A program made the translations under genes and the position numbers. A model generated the notes under the pieces. That model made no database searches and had not been told where the DNA came from. It worked only from the letters and a program-made list of their open reading frames with translations. From a virus, in the IMG/VR virus record IMGVR_UViG_3300022602_000003, positions 1-64,000 of that record: a stretch of DNA of 64,000 nucleotides; one strand, written 5' to 3'. This document shows positions 1 to 10,060 of this stretch, in pieces. How positions within the stretch are numbered: position 1 is the first letter of the stretch; every line of letters begins with the position of its first letter.

Positions 1-101
1 GAGAACGAGGCATTGAGGCTACCCGAGCCCGAGGTTGTGACCGATGGGATTCCGTAGGCTTGACCTAGGTAGGGCAGACCAAGATAGTTTGCACCGAGCA
101 T
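1..101 (-). CDS. 5' part of a putative virion/tail protein, truncated by the window edge
   Basis: ATG at 101 preceded by AAGGA; reads MLGANYLGLPYLGQAYGIPSVTTSGSGSL with no stop before the edge. Confidence 0.6.
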   Translation of the reverse strand, partial: MLGANYLGLPYLGQAYGIPSVTTSGSGSLNASF

Positions 102-111
102 GGGTCAGTCC

Positions 112-795
112 TTACATAAACGACATGAAGCCGTTGTTCGCTGGGTTAATGACAAAGGCTTGGCCGGCGTTAAAGGGCTGACCAGAAGCAGAAGTTGGCG
201 AGTTCCACGTTGCAGTTCCACCAACTGGCGTATTCAGCGCTACAAGATAGTCAATTAAAGGAATACGAGACGAGCCAGCGGCAACTGCTAAACTATCTCC
301 GATGCCGCCCCAGTTTCCGGATTGACTAGTCCAAGTAAAACTTTCACAAGTAGCAAGAAGTAATTGGCCTTGGCGATAAGCAACGGTTGAACTTACGTAC
401 GATTGCGAGTTAGCGTTGCTTAAAATGGGAGTGTATGAGACTATTGGGTTAGTGCTAGCGCCAGAGAATTGAGCGATTGCGTAAGCGCCAGTTGTGCTAG
501 CCGGCGCTCCAGACCTAGTAATTGTTATGTTTCCGGGGACGCAACTATGCCCAATCCAAACTGCGTATCCGTTTGTAGTTGCACCATTATTGTAAGCAAA
601 ACTAATCCAAGTTGCACCGAGACCTGAAAAAGTGACAGTAGTGTTGTTCGGCAACGTCGAACTTCCGTTAGACCAGTTAGCGTTTGCCGAACCAGCGACA
701 ATCACAACCACATCATTGGCGAGTGTCGTTGTAGGTATGTTTATGCTCGAAGCAGTTAGCGATGCTGTCGTTGTGCCACGAAGTCCAATAGCCAT
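112..795 (-). CDS. putative tail-associated beta-rich protein
   Basis: Ser/Thr/Gly-rich ORF; start moved to ATG 795, which forms a TAATG overlap with the upstream stop. Confidence 0.6.
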   Translation of the reverse strand: MAIGLRGTTTASLTASSINIPTTTLANDVVVIVAGSANANWSNGSSTLPNNTTVTFSGLGATWISFAYNNGATTNGYAVWIGHSCVPGNITITRSGAPASTTGAYAIAQFSGASTNPIVSYTPILSNANSQSYVSSTVAYRQGQLLLATCESFTWTSQSGNWGGIGDSLAVAAGSSRIPLIDYLVALNTPVGGTATWNSPTSASGQPFNAGQAFVINPANNGFMSFM

Positions 796-2243
796 TATGC
801 CACCGCCACGCAACGCCACTTAGACGTTTCTGTGTTCCAAAAGAAACCAACGTCGAGGCGAGTAGTTGAACTTGTAGTTGTTGGTAATAAGGAAGTACCA
901 GAAGCCTCAAACGACGTCCCCCAAGTCAAAGCAATAGACGTTGTTCCAGTTATTGAAATGCGCAATGTATCACCGTCGACTGGCGTGCCAGTTAAACTCG
1001 ATGTGAATGAAGTAATTGCAGTTGATTGCGATGTAATGTGAACAACATCATAGTTGTCAGTGTTAATGGCCGGGGTTGCCGAGTTAGCAGAGAGCGCCAA
1101 CACACGCTTAGTGATGCGCTTGTTGGTCAGGGTGTCGGTTGTAGCTCGAGCGACCAGGGTGTCTGTGGAGGTCGGCAGGGTGAGCGTTCCCGAGTTGACG
1201 ATGCTTGAGAAGTTCGGCGTGGTCAGGCTGGGGGATGTGCTGAGAACGTTGTTGCCCGAACCTGTGGAGGTGGTGACGCCGGTTCCACCCGCCAAGACTG
1301 GCAAAGTTCCAGCGGTAAGGGCCGATGCCGAGGTTGAGTAGATTGCGTTGTTGGCTGCGGTGAATCCGGTCAGGCCAGTTCCACCGTTGGATGTGCCAAG
1401 GACGCCGACTAGGTTGCTGATGTCGGTGGTAAATACGTTATACCAAACGCCAGTGCCGTCGAAGACAAAGTTGTATCCAGAGCCCACGGGAATTGTGTAT
1501 GGCGTGGTGGCTCCGTAGTTGGTTCCCTCTAGCGAAAGGCTGTTGGTTCCACCCTTGACATTGACCGTGACCGAGGCGTTATTGACGATTGAGTAGGTCG
1601 AACCGCTCACTGGGTGTACCGGCAGGGTAATGGTCTGCGAGGCCGTAGACCCACCAAAAATAGTTATTTCACCTAGAGCCGCAGTTGCAGTAGCCGAGCG
1701 CAGGGTGACGTTCTGACTTTCGGTTGGGGACCAAGTGCCGGGAGTACCAGCAATGGTGCAGACCCAAATGGTTGCGGTTTGGTCGACTACCAAATCGCCT
1801 ACAGCAAAGGTTCCTGACGTTGGAGAACCTGATGTGGTTCCGCCGACAAAGCGAGTAGCGGTTGTGGCTCCGGTTAGACCAGATGCTTTAAAGTCAGGTG
1901 CGACTACTTCGCCGGTAAAGGTTGCGCCAGAGAGTGGGGCCAACTGGTTGAGCAAGTTCGCGTCAACGGTCTGGGCTATTTGGTAGCCAGCGGTGATGCT
2001 CTGCGCGGTGGTTCCGTATTGTGCGCGGGTAATCGTGAATGTGTCAGTTGCTACTGCGGTGACGCGAACTATCTCAGCATTGGAGTTCGTGGGTTGAACG
2101 CCAGCGGGCCAAATGGTCGCGTCGAAAGGCGTTGTAGGAAAATACGAACCTTGTCCAGCAGTAACGGTAAGTGAAGTACCACTAGTAGCTGGAGAAGGTG
2201 CTGTAGCAACTAGTGAATAAGCAAAGTTCTTTAATGCGTCCAT
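795..2243 (-). CDS. tail fibre-like protein (482 aa)
   Basis: Thr/Ser/Gly-rich, with GGTG repeats and a TLTNK motif typical of fibres; lies in the tail region. Confidence 0.7.
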   Translation of the reverse strand: MDALKNFAYSLVATAPSPATSGTSLTVTAGQGSYFPTTPFDATIWPAGVQPTNSNAEIVRVTAVATDTFTITRAQYGTTAQSITAGYQIAQTVDANLLNQLAPLSGATFTGEVVAPDFKASGLTGATTATRFVGGTTSGSPTSGTFAVGDLVVDQTATIWVCTIAGTPGTWSPTESQNVTLRSATATAALGEITIFGGSTASQTITLPVHPVSGSTYSIVNNASVTVNVKGGTNSLSLEGTNYGATTPYTIPVGSGYNFVFDGTGVWYNVFTTDISNLVGVLGTSNGGTGLTGFTAANNAIYSTSASALTAGTLPVLAGGTGVTTSTGSGNNVLSTSPSLTTPNFSSIVNSGTLTLPTSTDTLVARATTDTLTNKRITKRVLALSANSATPAINTDNYDVVHITSQSTAITSFTSSLTGTPVDGDTLRISITGTTSIALTWGTSFEASGTSLLPTTTSSTTRLDVGFFWNTETSKWRCVAVA

Positions 2244-2257
2244 CGCTTACTCTTTCT

Positions 2258-2383
2258 CTAGTTGTCTGACTTAGTTTGCGTATCCTTGTCAGACGTTTCT
2301 ACCGTCGTTGCTGTTGCAGTCACTACTTCAGGCGGAATAACTGTTCCGACTGCCGAAGCCGAAAATTCCTGTTGATTACCCAT
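2258..2383 (-). CDS. 41-aa hypothetical protein
   Basis: Translated by hand (MGNQQEFSASAVGTV...); TAATG overlap with the upstream gene; fills the gap. Confidence 0.5.
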   Translation of the reverse strand: MGNQQEFSASAVGTVIPPEVVTATATTVETSDKDTQTKSDN

Positions 2384-2757
2384 TACGAAAGTGAAGTAGT
2401 AACTGCACCAATTGCGAAAGCAATCGTTGAACCAGCAGAAATTGCGCCTGAAAGACCTGAAGTAGTTCCGCCACCAAGATAAGTACCGCTGGTTGATGCA
2501 GAGAAAATACCAAAATAAGGTACTCCGCCAGATTCAACAGGCATTCCTGTAAAGTTTTGCGCGTTAGTTGAAGCTTGTGAGCCAGCAGAAGCCGAGCCAA
2601 AAGCAATAGCCTGACGAGCGTATGAACCACCAGTAACCTCACCAGAAGCACCAGTTGTACCTGGGTCGGTGGTGAACAAGGCTAGGTAGTAAGTCGTCGA
2701 AGGGACGAACATAGCGTTCAAGCCAGCGTTTTCTTGAGCTGCAGGTAAGCGTGCCAT
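2383..2757 (-). CDS. actinophage-type minor tail protein
   Basis: LALFTTDPG..GEVTGGSYARQ motif; SD-like AAGGA upstream. Confidence 0.65.
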   Translation of the reverse strand: MARLPAAQENAGLNAMFVPSTTYYLALFTTDPGTTGASGEVTGGSYARQAIAFGSASAGSQASTNAQNFTGMPVESGGVPYFGIFSASTSGTYLGGGTTSGLSGAISAGSTIAFAIGAVTTSLS

Positions 2758-2825
2758 TGTGTTCCTTTAAGTTAGGTAGTGCTTGTTTCTTATTTTAACA
2801 CTTAAATGAGACTCAATTTGAGCAA

Positions 2826-3470
2826 CTACGTCAAACTTAAGGTCAAACTACCGCTAGGAATACTTGGAGTTGTTCCCGAAGCGCTAATTGTAAGTGAAGA
2901 AGATAGATACGCAAATGCAACAACGCTGCCGCCAGTAGATGCGGTGTGAAGAGTAAGTGCAGCAATAGTCCCCCACGCCGCAGTTGACGTTGGGAACGTA
3001 ATAATTTGTGAGTTTGAACCTTGAGTCGGGTTACTACCACTTGGCGAAGGAAAATTAGTTGTGTTGTTTGTATAAGCAACTCTTGTATATCCGTTGCTTC
3101 CACTTACAACTTCATTAAACACTGGAGTAGTGCTTAGCCAATATGGAGAAGTAGTAGAAGCGATGTCTTGCCACGTTACTGCACCGTCAAGAACAGTTCC
3201 GCCTGCTGCTACATTAACCCATGTTGGCTCTGTCCCAGAAGTGTTACCGCTTGAAGTAGCGATAAATATTCGACTTGTTCCAGTGCCAGGTGTTGAAGTT
3301 CCGTAAGTAGTCGGGATAATAAATACACCTGATGTGACGGCAACTATTCCGCCTGAACCAGGATATGACACAGCAGTTTGCAATCCAAAGTAATACGCTG
3401 CTGGCGCTGCTGTTCCTCCAAAAATTGCCGGGTAAGCAACTGAAGTCTCTCCGTAATATGTCAATGGCAT
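2826..3470 (-). CDS. minor tail protein, paralog of 2383..2757 with an insert
   Basis: EV..GSNGYTRV and N...ITFP motifs match the neighbouring gene; EPTW..GGTVLDGAVTW insert. Confidence 0.6.
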   Translation of the reverse strand: MPLTYYGETSVAYPAIFGGTAAPAAYYFGLQTAVSYPGSGGIVAVTSGVFIIPTTYGTSTPGTGTSRIFIATSSGNTSGTEPTWVNVAAGGTVLDGAVTWQDIASTTSPYWLSTTPVFNEVVSGSNGYTRVAYTNNTTNFPSPSGSNPTQGSNSQIITFPTSTAAWGTIAALTLHTASTGGSVVAFAYLSSSLTISASGTTPSIPSGSLTLSLT

Positions 3471-3482
3471 CTTAGTTCCTTG

Positions 3483-4073
3483 TTAAAGTTTTACGTCGTA
3501 GTACCGAGCTAAATCTGCTGGAAATACTGCGGAATCTATCTGGTCTGGTATCAATCCTACACAACGGTGAGCGAGTGAAGATGCTGTTGAGCACACTATT
3601 CGTTGCCCAGTGCCAAGTGATAGTTGGATGACTGGAATCAATGAGTCAAGCGCCATACCAAAGATTGAAAACCAACCGTATGCAATTCCAATGCACCACT
3701 CAGCAAATTCAACAGCGCTTTTTCTTTGTTCTTCTGTCGCGTCTACAGGATGAATTACCGCGTATTTTTTATCGACGTAGTCAATAAGACTTGCAGCAGT
3801 GCCGCCCTTAGCTTCCATTTGCGACACCATCGCTTGAGGACCGCCAGCAATCACAATCATTGCGTGATTGACACTGCAATATGCTTTGTCAAAATGAGTG
3901 TCACGCAAAACAACACGGCGAAACCAGTAGCGAAGATGTTGACCGAAACGAATAGTTGCTGGAAGAAAACCTTGATGTTGTACAAGAATCAAATCGCCTG
4001 CAACTGCATTAGTACAGTGTTGTCCACTGTAATAGTAGCTAATTTCTGCTTTTGGAGTTACCACTTGTTTCAT
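3483..4073 (-). CDS. permuted papain-like NlpC/P60 (YiiX/YebB-like) enzyme
   Basis: GDLILV, NHAMI (His), then IVCST (Cys) and FPADL, i.e. the permuted His-before-Cys order. Confidence 0.65.
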   Translation of the reverse strand: MKQVVTPKAEISYYYSGQHCTNAVAGDLILVQHQGFLPATIRFGQHLRYWFRRVVLRDTHFDKAYCSVNHAMIVIAGGPQAMVSQMEAKGGTAASLIDYVDKKYAVIHPVDATEEQRKSAVEFAEWCIGIAYGWFSIFGMALDSLIPVIQLSLGTGQRIVCSTASSLAHRCVGLIPDQIDSAVFPADLARYYDVKL

Positions 4074-4432
4074 TCAGACTCACCTTCGTGAAAGCCTAAG
4101 TGGCGTTCAAGTTTCATAGCAACGTCGTCAACTTTTTGAGTGTAATTCTTAATAATGTCGGTAAGCATGTCAACTTTTGCTTCAGTGCGTGCCGCAGTGT
4201 CTCCAAGTCGAGTAGTGTTCTTTCCGTTGGGTGTAATTTCTTTGCTAACTTTCGCTAATTCTTCCGCTAATTTTTTGACGTCGTCTTTTAGTCCTTCGTC
4301 TCCATTAACTTTTGTGGTCACCGCTTTGATGATGAGCTTATGATAGCCTTTAGCGACTCCCCATATTCCTCCAATAACAAGGAAAATTGAAGATACTAGA
4401 TTAAACCAAAAACTTAGTGCATTTGCTGACAG
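4070..4432 (-). CDS. single-TM membrane protein beside the endolysin (holin-like or lysis accessory); probable CTG start
   Basis: GAGGTTTT-CTG at 4432; N-terminal TM helix then a coiled coil; the ORF-track start at 4639 overlaps the endolysin. Confidence 0.55.
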   Translation of the reverse strand: MSANALSFWFNLVSSIFLVIGGIWGVAKGYHKLIIKAVTTKVNGDEGLKDDVKKLAEELAKVSKEITPNGKNTTRLGDTAARTEAKVDMLTDIIKNYTQKVDDVAMKLERHLGFHEGESE

Positions 4433-4460
4433 AAAACCTCGACGATGTAATTGTTGTGTC

Positions 4461-5009
4461 TTACTTTGTCGTAGGAACTGCGTGCGTTGTGTGATTTTGA
4501 AGAGTGTTGCAACGCAAGAAAGTTTGAGGGTGGCGACCGTCAACTGCGTGACCAGCAGCAGGAGAGTGCTTAGGAGGGTTGACCCAGACAAAGCTTGGGT
4601 CGCCTTGCTCACCGTGAGAAACAGTAAGAACATCGCCATTGTTAACGCTTACAATCAATGCGACGTGCTCGCCAGTTCCGCCACCGTAGACCACAAGGTC
4701 GCCAGGTAGAAGCTCGTCTACAGTCACGCCTTGTGCGTTCTTAATAAACTCAGCAATGTGCTTATCGTGTGAAAGCAACGTGCCTGTGTAGCCTTCGTGG
4801 TCGAAGCCAAGACCGTTAGGGTCTTGCGCGCCAGCCAACCAATACCAAAGCGTCACTGAGCCTGAGCAATCGGTGTTAATTGGAAACTTAAGAGGCCAGA
4901 CTCCAATTGCGGCCATACGGTCCGCACCTTCAGAGTAATTAAAGTGCTGCTTGTTTGCAACGCCCCATTCGGCCCACTGTACAATTGTCGAGCGTACATC
5001 AATTGACAT
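4461..5009 (-). CDS. NlpC/P60-family cell-wall peptidase (probable endolysin)
   Basis: DCSG catalytic Cys, PGDLVVYG and HVAL His motifs. Confidence 0.75.
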   Translation of the reverse strand: MSIDVRSTIVQWAEWGVANKQHFNYSEGADRMAAIGVWPLKFPINTDCSGSVTLWYWLAGAQDPNGLGFDHEGYTGTLLSHDKHIAEFIKNAQGVTVDELLPGDLVVYGGGTGEHVALIVSVNNGDVLTVSHGEQGDPSFVWVNPPKHSPAAGHAVDGRHPQTFLRCNTLQNHTTHAVPTTK

Positions 5010-5056
5010 TTAGAATTCCTATCGAAGTAGTAAGTTGTAAGTTATTTTATCTCAAA

Positions 5057-5554
5057 TTACTGAGAAATAAGAGCAGCAGAAAGATACGTAAGAACAGCAG
5101 AAGCAGTGTTAGCGTGCGCAGTTGTTGACGCCGCCCACAAACTAATATATGTTCCAGAAGTTACGTAAATCACGTCACTAACCTGCACCGCAATTGATGT
5201 AGTAGCACCTGTGTGCGCAATTGCTCCAGAGTAAGCGTTTGCGGTTCCAGATGTTGTACCTGTACCAGTGTAAATATAAAGTTGGACTTGGGCACCAGAC
5301 ACGGCAGGGTTAATCTGCATTCCACCGTTGACTTGGTAATATCCAGTCACAGGTACAATAAGACCATTACTTCCTGTTGTCATGCCTCCATTGAGGTAAT
5401 AGCCAGTACCCGTAGTACTACCAAGTGTTATCAATGTTGCGCTTGTCGCAACTGATGTGGTTGCTGTCGCATAAATACGACCGGTCGGAACTTGTTTCAA
5501 ATTGTACAATTGTTGCGCGTTATTAGCAAGTAAATAAGCGAGTTCTGAGTCCAT
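5057..5554 (-). CDS. tail tip protein with a C1q/TNF-like domain
   Basis: VPVTGYYQV motif, beta-rich; last gene of the minor tail cluster. Confidence 0.55.
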   Translation of the reverse strand: MDSELAYLLANNAQQLYNLKQVPTGRIYATATTSVATSATLITLGSTTGTGYYLNGGMTTGSNGLIVPVTGYYQVNGGMQINPAVSGAQVQLYIYTGTGTTSGTANAYSGAIAHTGATTSIAVQVSDVIYVTSGTYISLWAASTTAHANTASAVLTYLSAALISQ

Positions 5555-7923
5555 TATGCAATCTCCGTTGTGTAAGTTAAAGTAGGCGACGTCGCATTTT
5601 GTCCACCAATACCATCATAATTCAAAGCAATAATGGAAGATGAGTCAAATACTTCATTTGGGTCTTCTACCCAAGTGCCAATTGTTGATAAAAGATTATT
5701 TGGTTGCTCCCACCAAAGATACGTATATTTCTTTCCGCTATCGTCAAAGATAGCCGTTGGATATGAGCCAGTAGCCACGGTGTCATATCCTAAGTTGATG
5801 CAAGCAGGGTATTGAGTTGATGAGATTTGACCAAGCACAGTTACTTGACCGTGATTTGCAAGACCTTGAATGTAAATAACATTATTATTTTGCATGTATA
5901 GAATTTTGTAAGTGCCGTTGTACGCTGAAGGAGTAAAGTCAGATAAAGTAATTGTCTGACCAGGTACAAAATCAGTTATGCCGGTAGTCGTTGCAGTCAT
6001 TGCAAGTACTGAATGATAGTAATTGTATGTTTGAGCAAGAGATTGTACAGAAAATACAGTTGGCTTAGTTACTAGTAATGGACTAGAGGTAACTAAAGAG
6101 TTTGAGTACGTTCCTTGAGTAGATATAATTCCTTGGTCTAGACCGCCAGTTCCTGCTGAAGTCAATGCTAAGTAAGAAACTCCAACATTAACACCGTAGT
6201 TTGTCTGGCCGTCTGAGTCAATTGCAATTGTGACGTTGTATGGAGAAGATGTCGTGCCAGCAGGCAACGGAACATTCAACCAAGTCACTGGATAAAGAAT
6301 TGCGTAATATCCAAGCGCTCCAAAGAGAGTTGCAGTGCCATCATTGTTTTGATTTATCGCACCCCATTGAAAAGGATAAAAAGTAGCAGATGTGCGACTA
6401 CCGTACCAAGGTATTGTAAGTTGATTTGAATTAGATGTATAAAAACTGCTACTTCCAGCGCCTGACGGTGATAATGGATATGTAAAGTATGAAGTGACTA
6501 AAGTATCTGAAAACAAGCCTAACGGAACGCCAGCAGTGTTTGTAGTTGAAACAGTGGTCCAGAAAGAGCCAACGTTAAAGTTACTATTGATATCAATCCA
6601 AATAGGAAGACTTCTAATTGTTAAGTCGCTACACACGGCATAAATATATGAATTATCTGTATAACTTTTATTTCCAGGAGTTTGCGGCGGACCGTAGATT
6701 CCTCCTTGATAAACGTTAAATAAGTTTCCATACTGGTCAGCAAGTCCATTTGTGACTTGATTTACTGTATCAATTTGACCTGTAGCGGAATCAATTGCCA
6801 TCCACACGTAAGAGTTCGTGGAACCGCCAATAATAAATAAATAGTCGGTTGAGTCGATTGTTGCTACGCAAAGAGATGGCTGATTTGTACCAGAAAAAGG
6901 AAATACGTAACTAACATTGTTGATTGTTGTTTGTACTGTAGCCCACGCACCCATCGCGCCAGTAGTTGAGTCAAAAGATGTTGAGTAAAGTGTACCGCTT
7001 TCTCCATATGCAAATATCGATTGAGACGACGGTGCGTACACGCATGAGCAATCAAATTCTGGTAAATCGTCACCTCTAATCCATTGTCCAAGGCCGGTTT
7101 GATAGCAAGGTGCAGCATACGTTGCATTTGTAGTTGCAGCGGTTGATGGAAGAGTATTTGTAGCAAATAACCAGCCGTTAGCACTAATGTAGCTAAGACT
7201 TGCGGGAGGCGTTAGAGAAACAGATGTTCCTGGATTGTACGTACCTTCTTGATTCGCGCTTCCGTAAGGCGAAAGCGAGTAAATATTGCATCCAGTAAAT
7301 GAAGTCGCGGTCTTTCCAGTGTATTGAACATAAGATGTTGTTTGACCTTGTTGACTTACCGCACTAAGTGTAAGAATGCCACTAGAATTAGGGAACCCTG
7401 CCGTGCTTGTAACATTCATTGTGCCACTTGAAAGTAAGTACATTGTGAACGATTGAGTCAATGTTGTCGACAAAGTTACTGGAAGACTTGGGTTTGCGCT
7501 TGGAGTTAAGTTTCCAATCAGTACACCTTGCGCTTCTTGAAAAGCATCTGACGCAAGAGCATTGACAAATTCTCCCGGTACTTCTGTTGTACTTGTACCA
7601 TAGCTAACATAAACATCTGCCGATGTAGAAAAATCAGTAGGAGTGGCGGCAAAAGTAGAAGGCAAAGCAGAGTATGAAATAGGTATTCTTAATACAATTC
7701 CATTAGTCGAAAAGCCAGATACATTTCCAATCACCTGAGACACAGAAGTAGTTCCAGTTGCACTTAACGGAACCCAGCCAAGAAATGCTCCGGTTGTTTG
7801 AGGCTGAGAAAAGTTTGCGCCACCGTAGATAAGCTTAGAAGTGTGAATCACATGTTCTTGGTTGATGTCACCAGAGTTTGTAATGTCAAGTTGGTTAATT
7901 GAATGCCAGTTTGTAGTATCCAT
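5554..7923 (-). CDS. minor tail protein (789 aa)
   Basis: Long Thr/Ser-rich ORF translationally coupled within the tail cluster. Confidence 0.65.
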   Translation of the reverse strand: MDTTNWHSINQLDITNSGDINQEHVIHTSKLIYGGANFSQPQTTGAFLGWVPLSATGTTSVSQVIGNVSGFSTNGIVLRIPISYSALPSTFAATPTDFSTSADVYVSYGTSTTEVPGEFVNALASDAFQEAQGVLIGNLTPSANPSLPVTLSTTLTQSFTMYLLSSGTMNVTSTAGFPNSSGILTLSAVSQQGQTTSYVQYTGKTATSFTGCNIYSLSPYGSANQEGTYNPGTSVSLTPPASLSYISANGWLFATNTLPSTAATTNATYAAPCYQTGLGQWIRGDDLPEFDCSCVYAPSSQSIFAYGESGTLYSTSFDSTTGAMGAWATVQTTINNVSYVFPFSGTNQPSLCVATIDSTDYLFIIGGSTNSYVWMAIDSATGQIDTVNQVTNGLADQYGNLFNVYQGGIYGPPQTPGNKSYTDNSYIYAVCSDLTIRSLPIWIDINSNFNVGSFWTTVSTTNTAGVPLGLFSDTLVTSYFTYPLSPSGAGSSSFYTSNSNQLTIPWYGSRTSATFYPFQWGAINQNNDGTATLFGALGYYAILYPVTWLNVPLPAGTTSSPYNVTIAIDSDGQTNYGVNVGVSYLALTSAGTGGLDQGIISTQGTYSNSLVTSSPLLVTKPTVFSVQSLAQTYNYYHSVLAMTATTTGITDFVPGQTITLSDFTPSAYNGTYKILYMQNNNVIYIQGLANHGQVTVLGQISSTQYPACINLGYDTVATGSYPTAIFDDSGKKYTYLWWEQPNNLLSTIGTWVEDPNEVFDSSSIIALNYDGIGGQNATSPTLTYTTEIA

Positions 7924-9209
7924 TATGCCATTGACGTTAAGTTAGTACCTGAGTATGAAAGATTTTTACTAGAACTAAGGCCAAGTCCTGGGTAAGACCA
8001 GATTGTGTTTGAACCTGCAAACAATCCAACAACGTCAACAAAGTGCACTTCACCAGTTGTTAAGTTTCCAGTTGTTGGAGTGATTGTCACGGTAAGCGAA
8101 GCAATAGCCGCATTACTTGGCGCAATTCCTGACGCAGTGACAAATACAAAAGTCTTTTGCGCTGTTTCTGCAACAATTGGGCCGGCGGAAGAACTAATTA
8201 GTGTTCCTGTTGACGTGTACCAGTTGATTGAGAGTTTTGCATTTCGCATTGTAGTTCCATTTGGAGCTACTTGAGCAGACGCTGAATAAATTGTTGACGA
8301 CGTGACTGGTACGTAAGTAACTAATGAGTTAGTAGTTGGAGCAAGAGCCGCGGTTGATGCTGATATTGATGATGGCGTTGTGCCAGCAGTCATTTTTAGC
8401 GAATATGTACCGTCATACGTTGGGTCTGTAGTTCCGTTTGATAATGCAAGAGTAGCATTTGTTCCAGTCCATGAGCCAATTGACGCAGTGAAACCTGCGT
8501 CGTCACGAGAAAGCAAATTCACAGGTCCAGTTTTAGCGACCCATTCTTTAATCATTGTAATTTGAGAAGAACCGTTGTACGTGTAGCCAGTCATTTTACT
8601 TTGCGAATCATCTGAAACAAGTTGAAGAGCGCCAGAAGTTCCACCGTAAAGACCAACTGTATATCCATAAGTTTGAGGAGTCCAAGTACCAGAAGCATTT
8701 TGAGTGTACGCTCCAGTTAAAACTACTGAGTTTGCTCTAATCCATGACGTTGCGTTTGAAGATGTAGAGTTTTGATTTACTGTTTGCAATACAATATTGT
8801 AGTAAGTTGAACCACTAAGTGTGTAAGAAAGTGGAAACCCAGTATTTGGATAAATTGCCGCATTTGAAGTGCTTAGCCATTCGGCAGGGATATAGCACGA
8901 TGCCAACACAGTACCGTTAGGGCCTGCTCCGCTGTCACCTTGTAAAGTAAGTAGCACATCTGAACCCGAGTTTGTAATCACAAGACCAAGCACCACACGG
9001 CTTATAGTTTGAGAAGAAGAACTAAAAAAACGGTATGCTAAAGCGTTATTAGTAACAAGACTATCTTGTGTTGTGCCAATCGGGACATTCACATTAACAG
9101 CACTACCGGTATAAATAAATGTTGATGAGTGCGGCACAAGAAACTGGTTAATTTGACCAGCTAAAGTTGCTTGTCCAGGAGTTGCTGCTGTCCAGTTCGG
9201 GTTTGCCAT
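7923..9209 (-). CDS. minor tail protein with a carbohydrate-binding-like C-terminal domain
   Basis: NLL..F..W, DGTYSLK, INWY and APSNA motifs of CBM4/9-like jelly-rolls. Confidence 0.6.
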   Translation of the reverse strand: MANPNWTAATPGQATLAGQINQFLVPHSSTFIYTGSAVNVNVPIGTTQDSLVTNNALAYRFFSSSSQTISRVVLGLVITNSGSDVLLTLQGDSGAGPNGTVLASCYIPAEWLSTSNAAIYPNTGFPLSYTLSGSTYYNIVLQTVNQNSTSSNATSWIRANSVVLTGAYTQNASGTWTPQTYGYTVGLYGGTSGALQLVSDDSQSKMTGYTYNGSSQITMIKEWVAKTGPVNLLSRDDAGFTASIGSWTGTNATLALSNGTTDPTYDGTYSLKMTAGTTPSSISASTAALAPTTNSLVTYVPVTSSTIYSASAQVAPNGTTMRNAKLSINWYTSTGTLISSSAGPIVAETAQKTFVFVTASGIAPSNAAIASLTVTITPTTGNLTTGEVHFVDVVGLFAGSNTIWSYPGLGLSSSKNLSYSGTNLTSMA

Positions 9210-9734
9210 TTAGAAGCCTGTCGCGTAAAGTGAAAGTTGAAGAGAAAGAATAAGGAACTGACCATTTGGCCATTGCACCGTCGGGTTGAATAATGCATGG
9301 TCAAACAAGTCTCCAAAGTTGGTTACGTTTTGCGCAAGAACAAAAATGCCAGCCTCTGAAATCGTGTATGAAGTTCCAGTAGTGTTGATTGGAAATTGAA
9401 ATTGCCATACAGATTGTCCTGGATTTGAACCAAGTGCTGGCACATATCCTGAAGCAGAAGCCGTAGTTCTTGCGATTTCATTTGTCAATTGCGTGTCGGC
9501 AACTGAAGGCTGGGTTGTACCTGTACCAATTGCTCCGTAAATTGGAGCAATGATGGCTGAAGAAGTGCCAATATCGGTTGCAATATCTTGAACTCCAAGA
9601 TATGAGATTGCAGCAGCAACGTCAGTAAGACCTGCTATACAAATTGTATTTTCTGCTTCACATCGATTTGTTAGCGTCTCACCGTCAAAAGTTTCGATGA
9701 TAAGCTTTCCATGAAAATCTAGTCCTGCCTTCAT
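9210..9734 (-). CDS. minor tail/baseplate protein
   Basis: AIGTGTTQP..ADTQL..EI and ISEAGIF motifs; ATGA overlap. Confidence 0.6.
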   Translation of the reverse strand: MKAGLDFHGKLIIETFDGETLTNRCEAENTICIAGLTDVAAAISYLGVQDIATDIGTSSAIIAPIYGAIGTGTTQPSVADTQLTNEIARTTASASGYVPALGSNPGQSVWQFQFPINTTGTSYTISEAGIFVLAQNVTNFGDLFDHALFNPTVQWPNGQFLILSLQLSLYATGF

Positions 9735-10060
9735 TGCCATGTTCCTTGGATATATGTACTGCTTCCATTCCAGACTGATTTAGTAGAAATTATTGAAGCA
9801 GATATAGTGTCAATAAGTATTGTACCATCAGAAGAGGTCTGGAAGTTATAAAGAATATCTGGAGAATCTGCTCCAGTAGAAGTAGGGTCAGTATTTGAAT
9901 TGATTTGGTCATTAAGTGACATTAATGTGTCTGCAAGAGTGTAAGCTCGCTGACCAGTTGCTGGAGTAAAGAGTTGTACTGGAGAAGTAGGTTGAAGCAC
10001 CGTCAATCCACTAGTTGAGATTGCAACAGTAAGTTGGGCGGAGATATTTACAGTAGCCAT
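9731..10060 (-). CDS. minor tail protein
   Basis: Coupled ORF inside the tail cluster. Confidence 0.55.
   Translation of the reverse strand: MATVNISAQLTVAISTSGLTVLQPTSPVQLFTPATGQRAYTLADTLMSLNDQINSNTDPTSTGADSPDILYNFQTSSDGTILIDTISASIISTKSVWNGSSTYIQGTWQ

Noticed and set aside
4433-4639. ORF-track N-terminal extension of the membrane protein
   Set aside because: It overlaps the endolysin by about 180 nt; the SD-linked CTG at 4432 is the better start
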